Positions 20,856 through 30,483 of a DNA stretch of 64,000 nt are shown here, piece after piece. The translations under genes and the position numbers were made by a program. The DNA lies in NCBI GenBank assembly GCA_964353865.1, contig CAYGXJ010000002.1, positions 9,904-73,903 on the forward strand, in the 5' to 3' direction. The notes below the pieces were generated by a model. The model was not told the origin of the DNA. It ran no database searches and saw nothing but the letters and a program-made list of their open reading frames with translations. This stretch comes from an uncultured Anaerolineales bacterium (lineage in GTDB: Bacteria > Chloroflexota > Anaerolineae > Anaerolineales > RBG-16-64-43). The number at the start of each line of letters is the position of its first letter. Within the stretch, counting starts at the first letter, position 1.

Positions 20856-22055
20856 CTACAAATCGAATACCACTTTGATCGCATATGTGCGGCGCTTGTC
20901 AGTCGCGGTGCGAATGGCCTGGCGGTACTCCGCCAGCGGGAAGCGATGGGTGATCAGGTCCTCAATGCGCATGTGCCCACTGCGCTGGAACTGGATGGCC
21001 CACTCGAAATCGTGCTGGCGCTTGCCCTGCCACCCGCTGGTGGCATGCGTTTTGGAGCCGATCAGATCCACCTCCTGATACCAGATCGGGTTGAGGTCCA
21101 CCCGCAACACCGAGAGGTCGATGCCCACCAACACCACCGTGCCGCGCGCGCGCGTCCAGCGCAATGCATCGGTGATCGAGGCGGCGCTGCCCACGCAGTC
21201 GTAGACCACGTCGAATCCGCCCATCAGCATGCCACGGTTGAGCGGCGCGGTGTAGGCGCGCCCACCGGTAAGGCGCGCCATCTGGGCATACACCTCGCCG
21301 CCGGTCACCACCTCGTCGGCGCCCGAGTGGCGCGCGGCCTGGGCTTGGTGCGGATGGCGCGCGAGAGCGGTGAGCCGGGCGCGCGGGCGGAAGGCACGCA
21401 CGGCTTGCATCGTGAACAGGCCGATGATGCCGGCGCCCAGGACGAGCACCTGCTCCTGCGCGCCCGGCGGGCGGCGCAGCACGCCGTGGATGGCCACCGA
21501 CATTGGCTCAATCATCGCCGCCTGATCGTCGCTGAGGTCCTCGGGCACCGGGTAAACGTTGCTGACATGCGCGGTGTATCCGTCGCTCCACCCGCCCCCG
21601 ATGCCGACCGTGCCTGCGGCTTTCTCGCACACGTTGGAGAGCCCGGCCTGACAGAATCGACACCACAGGTCGAGCCCTAGCTCGCGGCAGGTGGCGCCGG
21701 TCTCGCGATGCTCCATGATCACGCGTTGCCCGGCGCGAAGCTTCTTCACTTGCGGCCCCACCTCCTCCACCTCGCTCACTACCTCATGACCGAGATAGAA
21801 GCGCGAGTTGCCCGGCAGCGCGGCCGGTCCGATGGCCGGGTCCGCATGCACGTGAAATAGCGAAAGGTCGGTTGCGCAAATGCCGCACACGCGGTTGCGC
21901 ACGCGCACGCCGTTCGGCCCCGGGAGCGGTGGTTCGGAGAGATCGGCCATGCGCGCCGGCGAGAGCGGGCTGAATACAACACCCGGCCACATCGGGCGCA
22001 ACGCCTTGACCGCGAGCACCTTGGGGATATTCTTGTCGAAGTAGATCGTGCGCAT
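20856..22055 (-). CDS. Zinc-dependent medium-chain alcohol/polyol dehydrogenase
   Basis: 399 aa with motifs GICATDL, GHEVVSEVEEVG and a Rossmann segment LVLGAGIIG. Confidence 0.85.
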   Translation of the reverse strand: MRTIYFDKNIPKVLAVKALRPMWPGVVFSPLSPARMADLSEPPLPGPNGVRVRNRVCGICATDLSLFHVHADPAIGPAALPGNSRFYLGHEVVSEVEEVGPQVKKLRAGQRVIMEHRETGATCRELGLDLWCRFCQAGLSNVCEKAAGTVGIGGGWSDGYTAHVSNVYPVPEDLSDDQAAMIEPMSVAIHGVLRRPPGAQEQVLVLGAGIIGLFTMQAVRAFRPRARLTALARHPHQAQAARHSGADEVVTGGEVYAQMARLTGGRAYTAPLNRGMLMGGFDVVYDCVGSAASITDALRWTRARGTVVLVGIDLSVLRVDLNPIWYQEVDLIGSKTHATSGWQGKRQHDFEWAIQFQRSGHMRIEDLITHRFPLAEYRQAIRTATDKRRTYAIKVVFDL

Positions 22056-22165
22056 GGCGGTCCCTCCTCGAGACGATCCCGATCAGGGGTTGCTGTGTGC
22101 CACCACAGGGCAAGACCGGCGCGCGGTGAGTGCGAAGCGGTATTGGGCGGCGGGGACGAGGGCGG

Positions 22166-22966
22166 CTACGAATGGGTGCTGCGCACGGCGTGGCACAAGG
22201 CGCATGTCGGATCATCGCACAAAAGCGCGGCGGGATCCTGGCGCATCCATGCCGCCGCGGTGTGAAGCAGATCACGCAAGGGGATGGCTTGCAGATGGGC
22301 CGAGCCCAGCCAGGCCTCGCGTGCGATGCCGCGCAAGCGCGGGGCGATGGCCGCAAACCCGCGCGAACATCCGGGGAAGGCCGGGCACTCGACCACGCCC
22401 TCGGCGGTGAGGGCCCAGCGCACGAACTGCTTGCGCCCGGCGCGCTGCGCCGCCAGGTGCAGCGCCACATTGGCCGTATGGTCGGCACCCAGCAGCACTG
22501 CCTCGCCGCCGCGCACGGCCAGCTCGGCGATCGGACCCCACGGATCGGTCAGCGACTGCTTGACAAGCAGCTCGTCGGCTTCGACGCCGACAAACGACAG
22601 AATCGGGTGGTTGGAGCGGTGCGCGCCGTTCACGCGGCGCAGTGCATCGGGCAGCGGGCCGAGCGAGGGATGGGCCGGCAGGTCGGCGCGGAAGAACTCG
22701 GCTTCGGCATTGGCCTCGGAGGTACTGCGGTAGGCCATGCCGTTGCCCTCCGGCCCGAAGGGTGGCGTGACCATCGTCTGCAAGGTAAAGGCGGGTGCCA
22801 GCACGGCTGCGCTCGAGGCCAGAAGCGCCCCGGCGAGCGAGGAGATATCGCCGCGCACCTCATCCAGCCACTCGGGCGCGCCTACGGCCAGCACCGGCAC
22901 GCCCGGCTCGAGGCCGAGGTCGCGCAAGGCATGCACCGCGTCGCGATAGCCCAGGCTGGGCGCCAT
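22166..22966 (-). CDS. AAC(3)-family (Antibiotic_NAT fold) N-acetyltransferase-like protein
   Basis: 266 aa. The segments RSNHPILSFVGVEA, VLLGADHTANVALHLAA and the C-terminal LLCDDPTCALC resemble aminoglycoside 3-N-acetyltransferases. It is divergent, so substrate is unknown. Confidence 0.6.
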   Translation of the reverse strand: MAPSLGYRDAVHALRDLGLEPGVPVLAVGAPEWLDEVRGDISSLAGALLASSAAVLAPAFTLQTMVTPPFGPEGNGMAYRSTSEANAEAEFFRADLPAHPSLGPLPDALRRVNGAHRSNHPILSFVGVEADELLVKQSLTDPWGPIAELAVRGGEAVLLGADHTANVALHLAAQRAGRKQFVRWALTAEGVVECPAFPGCSRGFAAIAPRLRGIAREAWLGSAHLQAIPLRDLLHTAAAWMRQDPAALLCDDPTCALCHAVRSTHS

Positions 22967-24330
22967 TCACGCTCCGTCGGGCACGGGCATGCCGCGGTCG
23001 TAGACCGCGTCTTCGGCATGCATGTATCCGAGAATGCCGAGGCTGGCCAAGAGGCGCAACGGTTCGGGCGGCCAGGGGATGACGCGCCGGTTGACGAAAA
23101 ACGCTTGTGTGCGCTCGCTTTTCTTTTCAAGCAGCAGGTCGGCCAGTGTCCAGCCGTTGAGGTGGGTGAGGGAGACGCCATGCCCCATGGCGCCCAGGCT
23201 GTAGGCAACGCGCTCGTCACCCAGGAAGCCCAAAGCGGGGATCATCTGCAACGGCACCGAGACCGGCCCGCCCCAGCGGTGGGTGAAGCGAATGTCGCGC
23301 AAGACGGGGAACAACTGACGCACATCGGCCTCGAGCTTGGCGAAGGTATCCGGGTTCTCGTCACGATCCATATCGCCGCCGACGGCCAGGCTCACATCGC
23401 GCCCGCCCATCAGCAGGCGATTATCCCGGGTGAGGCGGTAGTAGTGTACCAAATTGCGTGCGTCTTCTCCCCCTGGCGAGTGCGCCAGCCAATCTCAGCG
23501 AGATGCTCGGGGCGCAGCGGCTCAGTGAGCATGATGTGGGTGAACGCGGGAACCTGCTTGCGGCGCAGCATGGGAATGAGATGCGAGTACGCATTGGTGG
23601 CCAGGGCGAGCTTGCCGGCCGTGACCTTGCCCTGCGGGGTGTGAATGAACAGCCCGCCCGCGCGGCGTTCGATGGCGGTGCCCGGCGTGTGCTCGAACAC
23701 CTGCACGCCCCTCGAGAGGATGAGACGCTTGAGTTCCCAGGCCAGCTTGGCCGGGTTCACCAGGCCGCAGCGCGGCTCACGCCATGCCCCGAGGTACAGT
23801 GGGCTGTTCACCTCACGGCGCGTCGCCTCCGCATCGATCCACTCGATGCCCTCCAACCCGAGGCGCTGCGCAAGCTCCACTTCATCGCGGATACGCTTGG
23901 CGTAAAGTGGCGCGGTGGCGACGCGCAAGAAGCCCGGGCGTTCATAGTCGCATTCCAACTTGTGTTCGCGCACCAGGCTCTCCACCAGTTCCACCGCCTG
24001 CTCCATGTAATGGTGTGCCTGGCGCGCCTTCTCCTTGCCGAACAAAGAAGCCGTCACCGAAAGGGTCAGCCCGAAGAGGGTCATGGAGAAGCCTCCGTTG
24101 CGGCCGGAGGCACCGAAACCGATCACCTCGCTCTCAAGCAGGGCCACCCTCAGCGAGGGTTCGGCCTGCTTGAGGAAGTAGGCCGTCGCTAGGCCCGTGT
24201 AGCCGCCGCCTAGCACAGCCACATCAACGGTCAGGTCGCCCGCGAGCGGCGGGTTGGGTGTGTAAGGAGTGCTGGAAAGCCAGAAGGACTTGTCGGCAAA
24301 AGAGGTCGGGGCCGGTTGTGAGATGGGCAT
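22967..24330 (-). pseudogene. FAD-dependent oxidoreductase (DAO/PuuB-like), apparent frameshift
   Basis: ORF 23410..24396 gives the N-terminal part (VDVAVLGGGYTGLATAY, GASGRNGG). ORF 22967..23452 gives the C-terminal part ([15 protein letters not shown]). The frames rejoin if one base is added to the C5 run at 23469-23473. Confidence 0.75.
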
Positions 24331-24502
24331 GTGTCCCTCCAAGGTGGACACGCCAGGCGCGTCGGCGCCTGAGCCGCGGCAGAGGGCGAGGGCCATGGTT
24401 TACTGGGGTGGAGGTGTGCCCCCCTTTGGAGAGGAGCGCGCGGTTGGTACCCGCGCCGCGCGCGTGGGCCGGGACGAGAGCTGGGCCGGTCGAGATCGCC
24501 CG

Positions 24503-25345
24503 CTACTCGTCCGCGATCTCACTGCGCTTCTTGCCCTTGCCGAGTTGGACCGATCGCTGGAAGGCGGCCCACACCGCGCGCGAGAGCGCGGTGCGCACGC
24601 CGGCCTTCTCCAAATAGTAGATCGCCTCGGCCGAGGTGCCGCCCGGCGAGGTGACCTGGTTGCGCAGCCGTGCCAAATGCTGAGGCGTATGCAGCGCGTA
24701 CTCGACTGAGCCTTTGACCGTTTGCAGCACGAGTTTCTCCGCCAGGTAGCGCGGGAAGCCAAGATGGACGCCGGCGTCGACCAGCCCTTCCATCAGGAGG
24801 AAGACGTAGGCCGGGCCGGTGCCCGAGAGCGCCGTGGCCATATCTAGGTAATCCTCATCCTCGACGAAGACTTCCTCGCCCAGGGCGCCCAACACGGCGC
24901 GTGCCTGCTCGCGCTGGGCCTCGCTCACGGCGGCCGAAGCGGTCCACACCGTCATGCCTTGCCCGATCTGGGCCGGCGTGTTGGGCATCGAGCGCACCAG
25001 GCTGGTGTGTTTGAGGCCCTGGGCCAGGGCCGCCAGGCGCGTGCCGGCGACGATCGAGAGCACCAACGCCTTCTCGGGGATGCGTCCGGCGAGTTGGGTC
25101 AGCACGCCCGGAAGCACCTGCGGCTTGACCGAGATCACAACCAGGTCCGCGCCCTGCAGTGCCGCCAGGTTGTCGCTCGTGATCTGCACCCCGTAGGTCG
25201 AGGCCAATTCGGCGCCCCGCTCGGCGCGCGGGCCGCAGGCGATCACCGCACCCGGCGCGACCAGACGCTGGGCAAGCATGCCTTTGATCATCGCCTCGGC
25301 CATCGTGCCCGAGCCGATGAAGCACACCCGGCTGAAGTTCAGCAT
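24503..25345 (-). CDS. proC: Pyrroline-5-carboxylate reductase
   Basis: 280 aa with motifs VCFIGSGTMAEAMIKG, MPNTPAQIGQGMT and TSPGGTSAEAI. Confidence 0.93.
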   Translation of the reverse strand: MLNFSRVCFIGSGTMAEAMIKGMLAQRLVAPGAVIACGPRAERGAELASTYGVQITSDNLAALQGADLVVISVKPQVLPGVLTQLAGRIPEKALVLSIVAGTRLAALAQGLKHTSLVRSMPNTPAQIGQGMTVWTASAAVSEAQREQARAVLGALGEEVFVEDEDYLDMATALSGTGPAYVFLLMEGLVDAGVHLGFPRYLAEKLVLQTVKGSVEYALHTPQHLARLRNQVTSPGGTSAEAIYYLEKAGVRTALSRAVWAAFQRSVQLGKGKKRSEIADE

Positions 25346-25346
25346 C

Positions 25347-26120
25347 TCACTCCTCCCACTTCCACAACGCGAGGGCGTCCATGAATTCGTGCGCGGTGAG
25401 ATCCAGATGAACCGGCGTCACCGAGGCGAAGCCCTGAGAGAGGGCCCAGAAGTCGGAGCCCTCCTCCGAAATGCCGGTAGGCGGCGGGCCGCCGATCCAG
25501 TAATAGGGTTTGCCGCGCGGATCGAGGCGCCGCACCAGTTCATCGCGATAGACGCGCAACCCCTGGCGTGTGATGCGCACACCACGCAGCTTTTCGTAAG
25601 GCAGGCAGGGGAGGTTGAGGTTGAGCAGCGTGTCCTTAGGCAGCCCGTGGGCCAGCACCTGGCGCGCCACGCGCTCCGCCATGCGCGCCGCCGGTGTGTA
25701 GTCACACGGTTCGGTCTGGTCTTCAGGGAGGTCGAGCGAGACAGCCAGCGCCGGCACGCCGCTGATCACGGCTTCCATGGCGGCGGTGACGGTGCCCGAG
25801 TAGGTCAGGTCGTGGCCGACATTGATGCCGGCGTTGATGCCCGAGACCAGCAGGTCGATCTTCTCCGGAATGATGCCAAGCATCGCCAGCGCAACACAGT
25901 CGGAGGGCGCGCCGTCGGAGGATAGCGCGGGCGTACCATCCGCCAGATGCACATGCTTCACGCGCAGCGGTTTGTGCAGCGTCTTGACGTGACCGCTGGC
26001 GGACCAGTTGTGATCGGGCGCGAGCACCGAAATCGCGCCCAGGGGGCGCAGCGCCTGCGCCAGTGCCAGCAGCCCGGGCGAGGTAATGCCGTCGTCGTTG
26101 GTCACCAGGATGTGAGTCAT
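25347..26120 (-). CDS. surE: 5'/3'-nucleotidase SurE
   Basis: 257 aa with motifs ILVTNDDGITSPGL, SGINAGINVGHDLTYSGTVTAAMEA and SVTPV. Confidence 0.93.
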   Translation of the reverse strand: MTHILVTNDDGITSPGLLALAQALRPLGAISVLAPDHNWSASGHVKTLHKPLRVKHVHLADGTPALSSDGAPSDCVALAMLGIIPEKIDLLVSGINAGINVGHDLTYSGTVTAAMEAVISGVPALAVSLDLPEDQTEPCDYTPAARMAERVARQVLAHGLPKDTLLNLNLPCLPYEKLRGVRITRQGLRVYRDELVRRLDPRGKPYYWIGGPPPTGISEEGSDFWALSQGFASVTPVHLDLTAHEFMDALALWKWEE

Positions 26121-26147
26121 GGCCCCTCCCGCCTCACGCGCCTCGCA

Positions 26148-27113
26148 TCAATCCGATGTCACCGTGCCGAAGATGCCTTCCAGGCGCGCCAGCACCTCCG
26201 GCGTGAGCTGCGGCACGAGCTCGGCCGCGGCCAGGTTCTCGTGCACCTGTTCGACGCGCGAGGCACCGGTGATGACGCTGCTCACGGTCGGCGTGCGCAG
26301 GCACCAGGCAATCGCGAGTTGTGCCGGCGAGAAGCCCAGTTCACGCGCCAGAGCCGCAAACGCGCGCGCCTTGGTCAGGCGCTCCTCGGTCAACGTTTCC
26401 TCGCGCAGCCATTCGTAACCCTGCAGCGTGGCGCGCGAGCCCTGCGGGATGCCGTCGTTGTACTTGCCCGTGAGCAGGCCGAAGGCCAGCGGGCTCCATG
26501 TGGTGAGCCCGATGCCCAGCGTCTCGCACACCCACTGCAGGTCGCGCTCGACCCGCGCGCGGCGGTACAGGTTGTATTGCGGCTGTTCCATCGTGGGCGG
26601 AACCCCGCCGATCTCGCGCCCCAGCCCGTGGGCGGCGGCGATCTGTGCCCCGGTCCATTCGCTGGTGCCCCAGTACAGCACCTTGCCCTGGCGCACCAGG
26701 TCGCTCATGACGCGCACCGTCTCCTCCACCGGCGTCTCGGGGTCGAAGCGATGGCAGAAGTACAGGTCGACGTAATCGGTGCCCAGCCGCTTGAGTGAGG
26801 CATGGATCGATTCGAAAATGTGCTTTCGCGAAAGCCCGCGCGCGTTTGGGTTCTTGCTGCCCGCGAAGAAGACTTTGGTCGAGAGTACGAGGTCGGTGCG
26901 CGGTAGACCCTTGACCGCTTTGCCCACCACCACTTCGGCATTGCCGTTGGCGTACATGTCGGCATTGTCGAAGAAGGTCACCCCGCGCTCGAAGGCGGCC
27001 TGCACGCAGCGCGTGGTCACCTCTTGATCCACCTGACCGCCGTAGGTGACCCAGGCGCCCAGCGAGAGTTCGCTCACCTTGAGCCCGGAGCTGCCCAGGC
27101 GACGGTAATTCAT
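26148..27113 (-). CDS. Aldo/keto reductase (Kv-beta/Tas-like)
   Basis: ATG at 27113 inside ORF 26148..27437. Begins MNYRRLGSSGLKVSELSLGAW, with FFDNADMYANG and VDLYFCHRFD. Confidence 0.9.
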   Translation of the reverse strand: MNYRRLGSSGLKVSELSLGAWVTYGGQVDQEVTTRCVQAAFERGVTFFDNADMYANGNAEVVVGKAVKGLPRTDLVLSTKVFFAGSKNPNARGLSRKHIFESIHASLKRLGTDYVDLYFCHRFDPETPVEETVRVMSDLVRQGKVLYWGTSEWTGAQIAAAHGLGREIGGVPPTMEQPQYNLYRRARVERDLQWVCETLGIGLTTWSPLAFGLLTGKYNDGIPQGSRATLQGYEWLREETLTEERLTKARAFAALARELGFSPAQLAIAWCLRTPTVSSVITGASRVEQVHENLAAAELVPQLTPEVLARLEGIFGTVTSD

Positions 27114-27189
27114 ACTGTGACTCCTCAGGAGTGGCGGCGGGCCGTACCTCACATGGAAGGCGCGGCCGCCGGCGGGGGGAATGCGGTGA

Positions 27190-27903
27190 TTATACATGCC
27201 GCCCCGCCAGCGGCTTGACCATGTGGTGGAAGCCGGGGTAACCCGCCATGCGTGCGTAGCGCGCCGATGTGAATGTGGCAGCCACGTGGTAGCCCAGGCG
27301 CTCGTACAAGTGCTGCGCGTCCGGGTTGGAGAGATCGACCGATAGTGAGCATGCGTGCAGGCCGAGCACGCGCGCCTGGCCTTCAGCCTCTGCCAGGAGG
27401 CCCGTGCCCAACCCGCGATGCCGCCAGGCAGGCGCAACGCTCAATGTGTCGATATACAACTCATCGCTCGCGGCTTCTGGGCGTAGCAGGAAGGGCAGCC
27501 AGCGTGAGACGCAGCGCAGCCCATTCGCGAGGCCCGCATAGCGGGTCACGGCGGGCACGAGACCCCACGTGAGACGAAGCAGGCGATGCCCGGGGATGGT
27601 GAGCAAGAGCCCCGCCACCTCCTTGCCGCTCTGGGCGACCGTTCCATATACGTGGCTGAGCTGATGACCCCGGCCTGCGAAAAGTGCCGAAAGCAACGCC
27701 TCGGTCCGTTGCTCATCCGGCTGGCAAAACATGTAGTTGGCGAAGCTGCCCCATGCGGCGTAGATGAGCCGCGCCGCATCGCCGGCATCCAGTGCATTGG
27801 AAGGCCGGTACGAAATCCCACTGTTGATTGGCGAGCGCGTCAAGGAGTCCGCGATAGGCATGGTCTTCTCGCGCAGGGCGCATGTCAGAGCCGGTTGCTG
27901 CAT
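27190..27903 (-). CDS. GNAT-family N-acetyltransferase
   Basis: Acetyl-CoA motif YIDTLSVAPAWRHRGLGTGLL. The start is uncertain (27903 or ATG at 27861). Confidence 0.75.
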   Translation of the reverse strand: MQQPALTCALREKTMPIADSLTRSPINSGISYRPSNALDAGDAARLIYAAWGSFANYMFCQPDEQRTEALLSALFAGRGHQLSHVYGTVAQSGKEVAGLLLTIPGHRLLRLTWGLVPAVTRYAGLANGLRCVSRWLPFLLRPEAASDELYIDTLSVAPAWRHRGLGTGLLAEAEGQARVLGLHACSLSVDLSNPDAQHLYERLGYHVAATFTSARYARMAGYPGFHHMVKPLAGRHV

Positions 27904-28030
27904 CAGGCGGTGGCAACGAGATTATACGAGGGGCCGGCCTGCCCCTGCGCTTGGCCAAGACGATGGAACCTGGCAGACGCCTTCGGCGTCTGAGGCACAG
28001 GGCCACAAACACCTCGCGCGGGGAGGGGTC

Positions 28031-28594
28031 ATGCCAATTGACCGATGGACTGCTGCTAGTGGGATCGCGGCACTGGCGCTTGTGGCAGGATGCACGCTGA
28101 CAAAGCCAGTTCCGCGCACCTTCGAGGAATGCGTGCAGGCAGGCTACCCGGTGATGGAGAGTTTCCCGCGGCGCTGCGCCGTGCCGGGCGGGCTGACGTT
28201 TACCGAGCCATATGCCATGCCGCCCGAGATTACCCCGGTGCCGCAGACGCCCGAGCTTATCGGCGAGCCCACGGGCACGTGGGCCGAGGGCTACGTCGCG
28301 ATCGAGGGGATCACCGCCGAGATGATGGGCGGGAACCCGACCCGTGTGGGTGTGCGCCTGCACGGCTCGCTGGGCGACCCGTGCACTCGGCTCTTCCCCA
28401 TCCGTATGGAGTACTCCGACCATCATGTCTCGCTGGATGTGCGCGCCTGGCAGGATGCGGGCATGGCCTGCATCGCGGTCATCGAACCGCTCGACCTGCT
28501 GGTGATGCTCGAGCAGCCACTCACGGCGGGAAAGTGGACGATTGAGGTGGGTGGCGTCTCGACCACTTACCAGGTACCGGGCTTCGACGACTAA
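28031..28594 (+). CDS. Hypothetical lipoprotein
   Basis: ATG at 28031 with a GGGAGGGG RBS, inside ORF 27764..28594. The signal peptide has a lipobox ALVAGC. Confidence 0.6.
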   Translation: MPIDRWTAASGIAALALVAGCTLTKPVPRTFEECVQAGYPVMESFPRRCAVPGGLTFTEPYAMPPEITPVPQTPELIGEPTGTWAEGYVAIEGITAEMMGGNPTRVGVRLHGSLGDPCTRLFPIRMEYSDHHVSLDVRAWQDAGMACIAVIEPLDLLVMLEQPLTAGKWTIEVGGVSTTYQVPGFDD

Positions 28595-28653
28595 GCTCAC
28601 CCACGCCTTCGGTGCCCGTCCCACATGGATACGCCGTGCGGCCTAATCCTCTT

Positions 28654-28900
28654 GTCGTCATTCCCGCGTGTTCGCAGCGGGAATCTAGGGTTTGCCTTCC
28701 CCCGCCGCACTTGCTTTGCACTGATGCGCCACGCGCCCAAAGTCTCTCGCTCGTCATTCCCACGTGCTCGTAGTGGGAATCCAGGTGATCGAATGGTTCT
28801 GGAGTGAAGGACCGATAATGCGCTAGGCCATTCGCATTCCTTCGTTCACGGAAACGAGACAAGTCACGCCTGCCTCCCCGCCTTGGCGGGGACGACGATC
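28654..28900 (-). repeat. Third copy of the A-B-B composite repeat, inverted relative to 20256-20855
   Basis: B-type hairpins lie at 28654-28689 and 28749-28785, and the A-type hairpin at 28873-28900. The reverse complement aligns with the unit at 20610-20855, including inter-hairpin stretches (gaacgaaggaa.cgaatggcc..gcgcat, gatcacctgga). Confidence 0.8.
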
Positions 28901-28967
28901 TTGAACTGCGACCGCTTGCGGCAACCATCCGCCGCCGCATACTGCTGACGGCCGCCTCGGCCCATCC

Positions 28968-28996
28968 TATACAAATCCCCTCGCGGGCGATAGAAT
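28968..28996 (+). promoter_or_regulatory. Candidate promoter for lipA
   Basis: TATACA, a 17-nt spacer, then TAGAAT (28991-28996), 39 nt upstream of the lipA ATG. The -35 element is weak. Confidence 0.3.
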
Positions 28997-29034
28997 GCCC
29001 GCACCCCGGCGCCAAGCCCCGGGCCTGAGGCGCA

Positions 29035-30009
29035 ATGAAGGATCCCACCCGCGATCGAATTCATCCACCGGTCGGAGGCAGCCCAGACGCCCCCGCGCGC
29101 CCGCTGCGCCGGCCGGAATGGATCAAAGTGCGCGCGCCCAGCGGCGAAACCGTCGACTGGCTGCGCGGGCTGATGCGTTCGAAGACCCTGCACACCGTGT
29201 GCGAAGAGGCGATGTGCCCCAACATGGGCGAATGCTGGGGCTCGGGCACAGCCACCTTCCTCATGATGGGCGACGTCTGCACCCGCTCGTGCGGCTTCTG
29301 CGACATCAAACACGGCCGCCCCGGGCCGCTGGATATGCTCGAGCCGGAACGCGTGGCCCAGGCCGTCAAAGCGATGAACCTGCGCCATGCGGTCATCACC
29401 AGCGTCAACCGCGATGAACGCAATGACGGCGGGGCACCGATCTTCGCCGCCGTCATCCGCCGCATCCGCGAGATCCACCCCGGCTGCTCGATCGAGGTGC
29501 TCATCCCGGATTTCAAGGGCAGCCGGGATGCGCTGCGTATCGTCGTCGAGGCGCGCCCGGAGATCCTCAATCACAATGTCGAGACCGTGCCGCGTCTGTT
29601 CCGCAAGGTGCAGCCGCAGGACCGTTACGAATGGGCCCAGGCGACGCTCTTGAACGCCAAGCGCATCGACCCGGAGGTGCTGACCAAATCCGGTATCATG
29701 CTCGGGCTGGGTGAGACCTTCGACGAGGTGGTGGCGGTGATGCGCGACCTGCGCACGTGGGGCGTCGAGATCATCACTCTTGGCCAGTATCTCCAGCCCT
29801 CCAAGCGCCATTTGCCGGTCGAGCGTTATTGCACGCTGGATGAGTTCGCCGAACTGCGCCGGATCGGGCTGGAAGAGCTTGGCTTCCGCTGGGTCGAATC
29901 CGCGCCGCTGGTGCGCTCCTCGTATCATGCCGAAGCGCAGGTGCGCGCGCTCTCGGCCGTGCATCGCAAGCTGTGGGAGACGCCCGCGGCGGCGAGCGCG
30001 GCAGGATGA
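29035..30009 (+). CDS. lipA: Lipoyl synthase
   Basis: 324 aa with motifs [13 protein letters not shown] and the radical-SAM cluster [10 protein letters not shown]. Confidence 0.96.
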   Translation: MKDPTRDRIHPPVGGSPDAPARPLRRPEWIKVRAPSGETVDWLRGLMRSKTLHTVCEEAMCPNMGECWGSGTATFLMMGDVCTRSCGFCDIKHGRPGPLDMLEPERVAQAVKAMNLRHAVITSVNRDERNDGGAPIFAAVIRRIREIHPGCSIEVLIPDFKGSRDALRIVVEARPEILNHNVETVPRLFRKVQPQDRYEWAQATLLNAKRIDPEVLTKSGIMLGLGETFDEVVAVMRDLRTWGVEIITLGQYLQPSKRHLPVERYCTLDEFAELRRIGLEELGFRWVESAPLVRSSYHAEAQVRALSAVHRKLWETPAAASAAG

Positions 30010-30029
30010 GCTGGCCGAATGGAATCACA

Positions 30030-30064
30030 AAGCGCACACCGTGAGGTGTGCGCTTTTCGTTCTT
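30030..30064 (+). terminator. Rho-independent terminator of lipA
   Basis: AAGCGCACACC-gtga-GGTGTGCGCTT followed by TTCGTTCTT, 21 nt after the stop. Confidence 0.78.
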
Positions 30065-30181
30065 GGGCCATGGGAGGGGCGCAATGTGGCGTGCACCTTT
30101 GAACGACGGAGCGAATATGCAACAGAGTCAATGAGGGCATGCGGCAGGTCTCTGGCCCCATGCTCCCAAGAATGAGAACCT

Positions 30182-30206
30182 CCCCTCCCCGCCTCGCGGG
30201 GAGGGG
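30182..30206. repeat. GC hairpin CCCCTCCCCGC-N3-GCGGGGAGGGG
   Basis: Perfect 11-bp stem. An extra GGGGAGGGG lies at 30212-30220. The same motif recurs at 40641-40667 and, in shorter form, at 33927-33951. Confidence 0.8.
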
Positions 30207-30286
30207 CACAAAGGGGAGGGGTCATCCGCTGAGAGTCCCCCCGCGGGCTAGTCCTCGAGCACGCGCGTCTTTCGAGCATAGAACGA

Positions 30287-30308
30287 GGGGCACGCCATGG
30301 CGTGCCCC
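30287..30308. repeat. Perfect 22-nt palindrome GGGGCACGCCATGGCGTGCCCC
   Basis: Read directly from the sequence. Its GGCA(C/T)GC core is related to the GCGTAAGGCATGC repeat family. Confidence 0.8.
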
Positions 30309-30423
30309 AACAAGGGGACTTACTCCCTCATTCTGAGGGGCATAGCCGCCTGGTTATCTCGGCTTCAACTAGCAGGACCGTGCTTAGATGGTCAGCGTCG
30401 TCACACAATTGCGGTTGACCGAG

Positions 30424-30483
30424 TCGGGGATTCATGCGCATGCCCGACGTGGGTGGTCACGCGTAAGGCATGCTATGCCCTCT
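30424..30483 (+). repeat. GCGTAAGGCATGC-core repeat, copy B
   Basis: gtcggggattcatgcgcatgcc...gcgtaaggcatgctatgccctct. The 23-nt core is identical to copy A. Its end overlaps the mutY stop codon. Confidence 0.8.
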
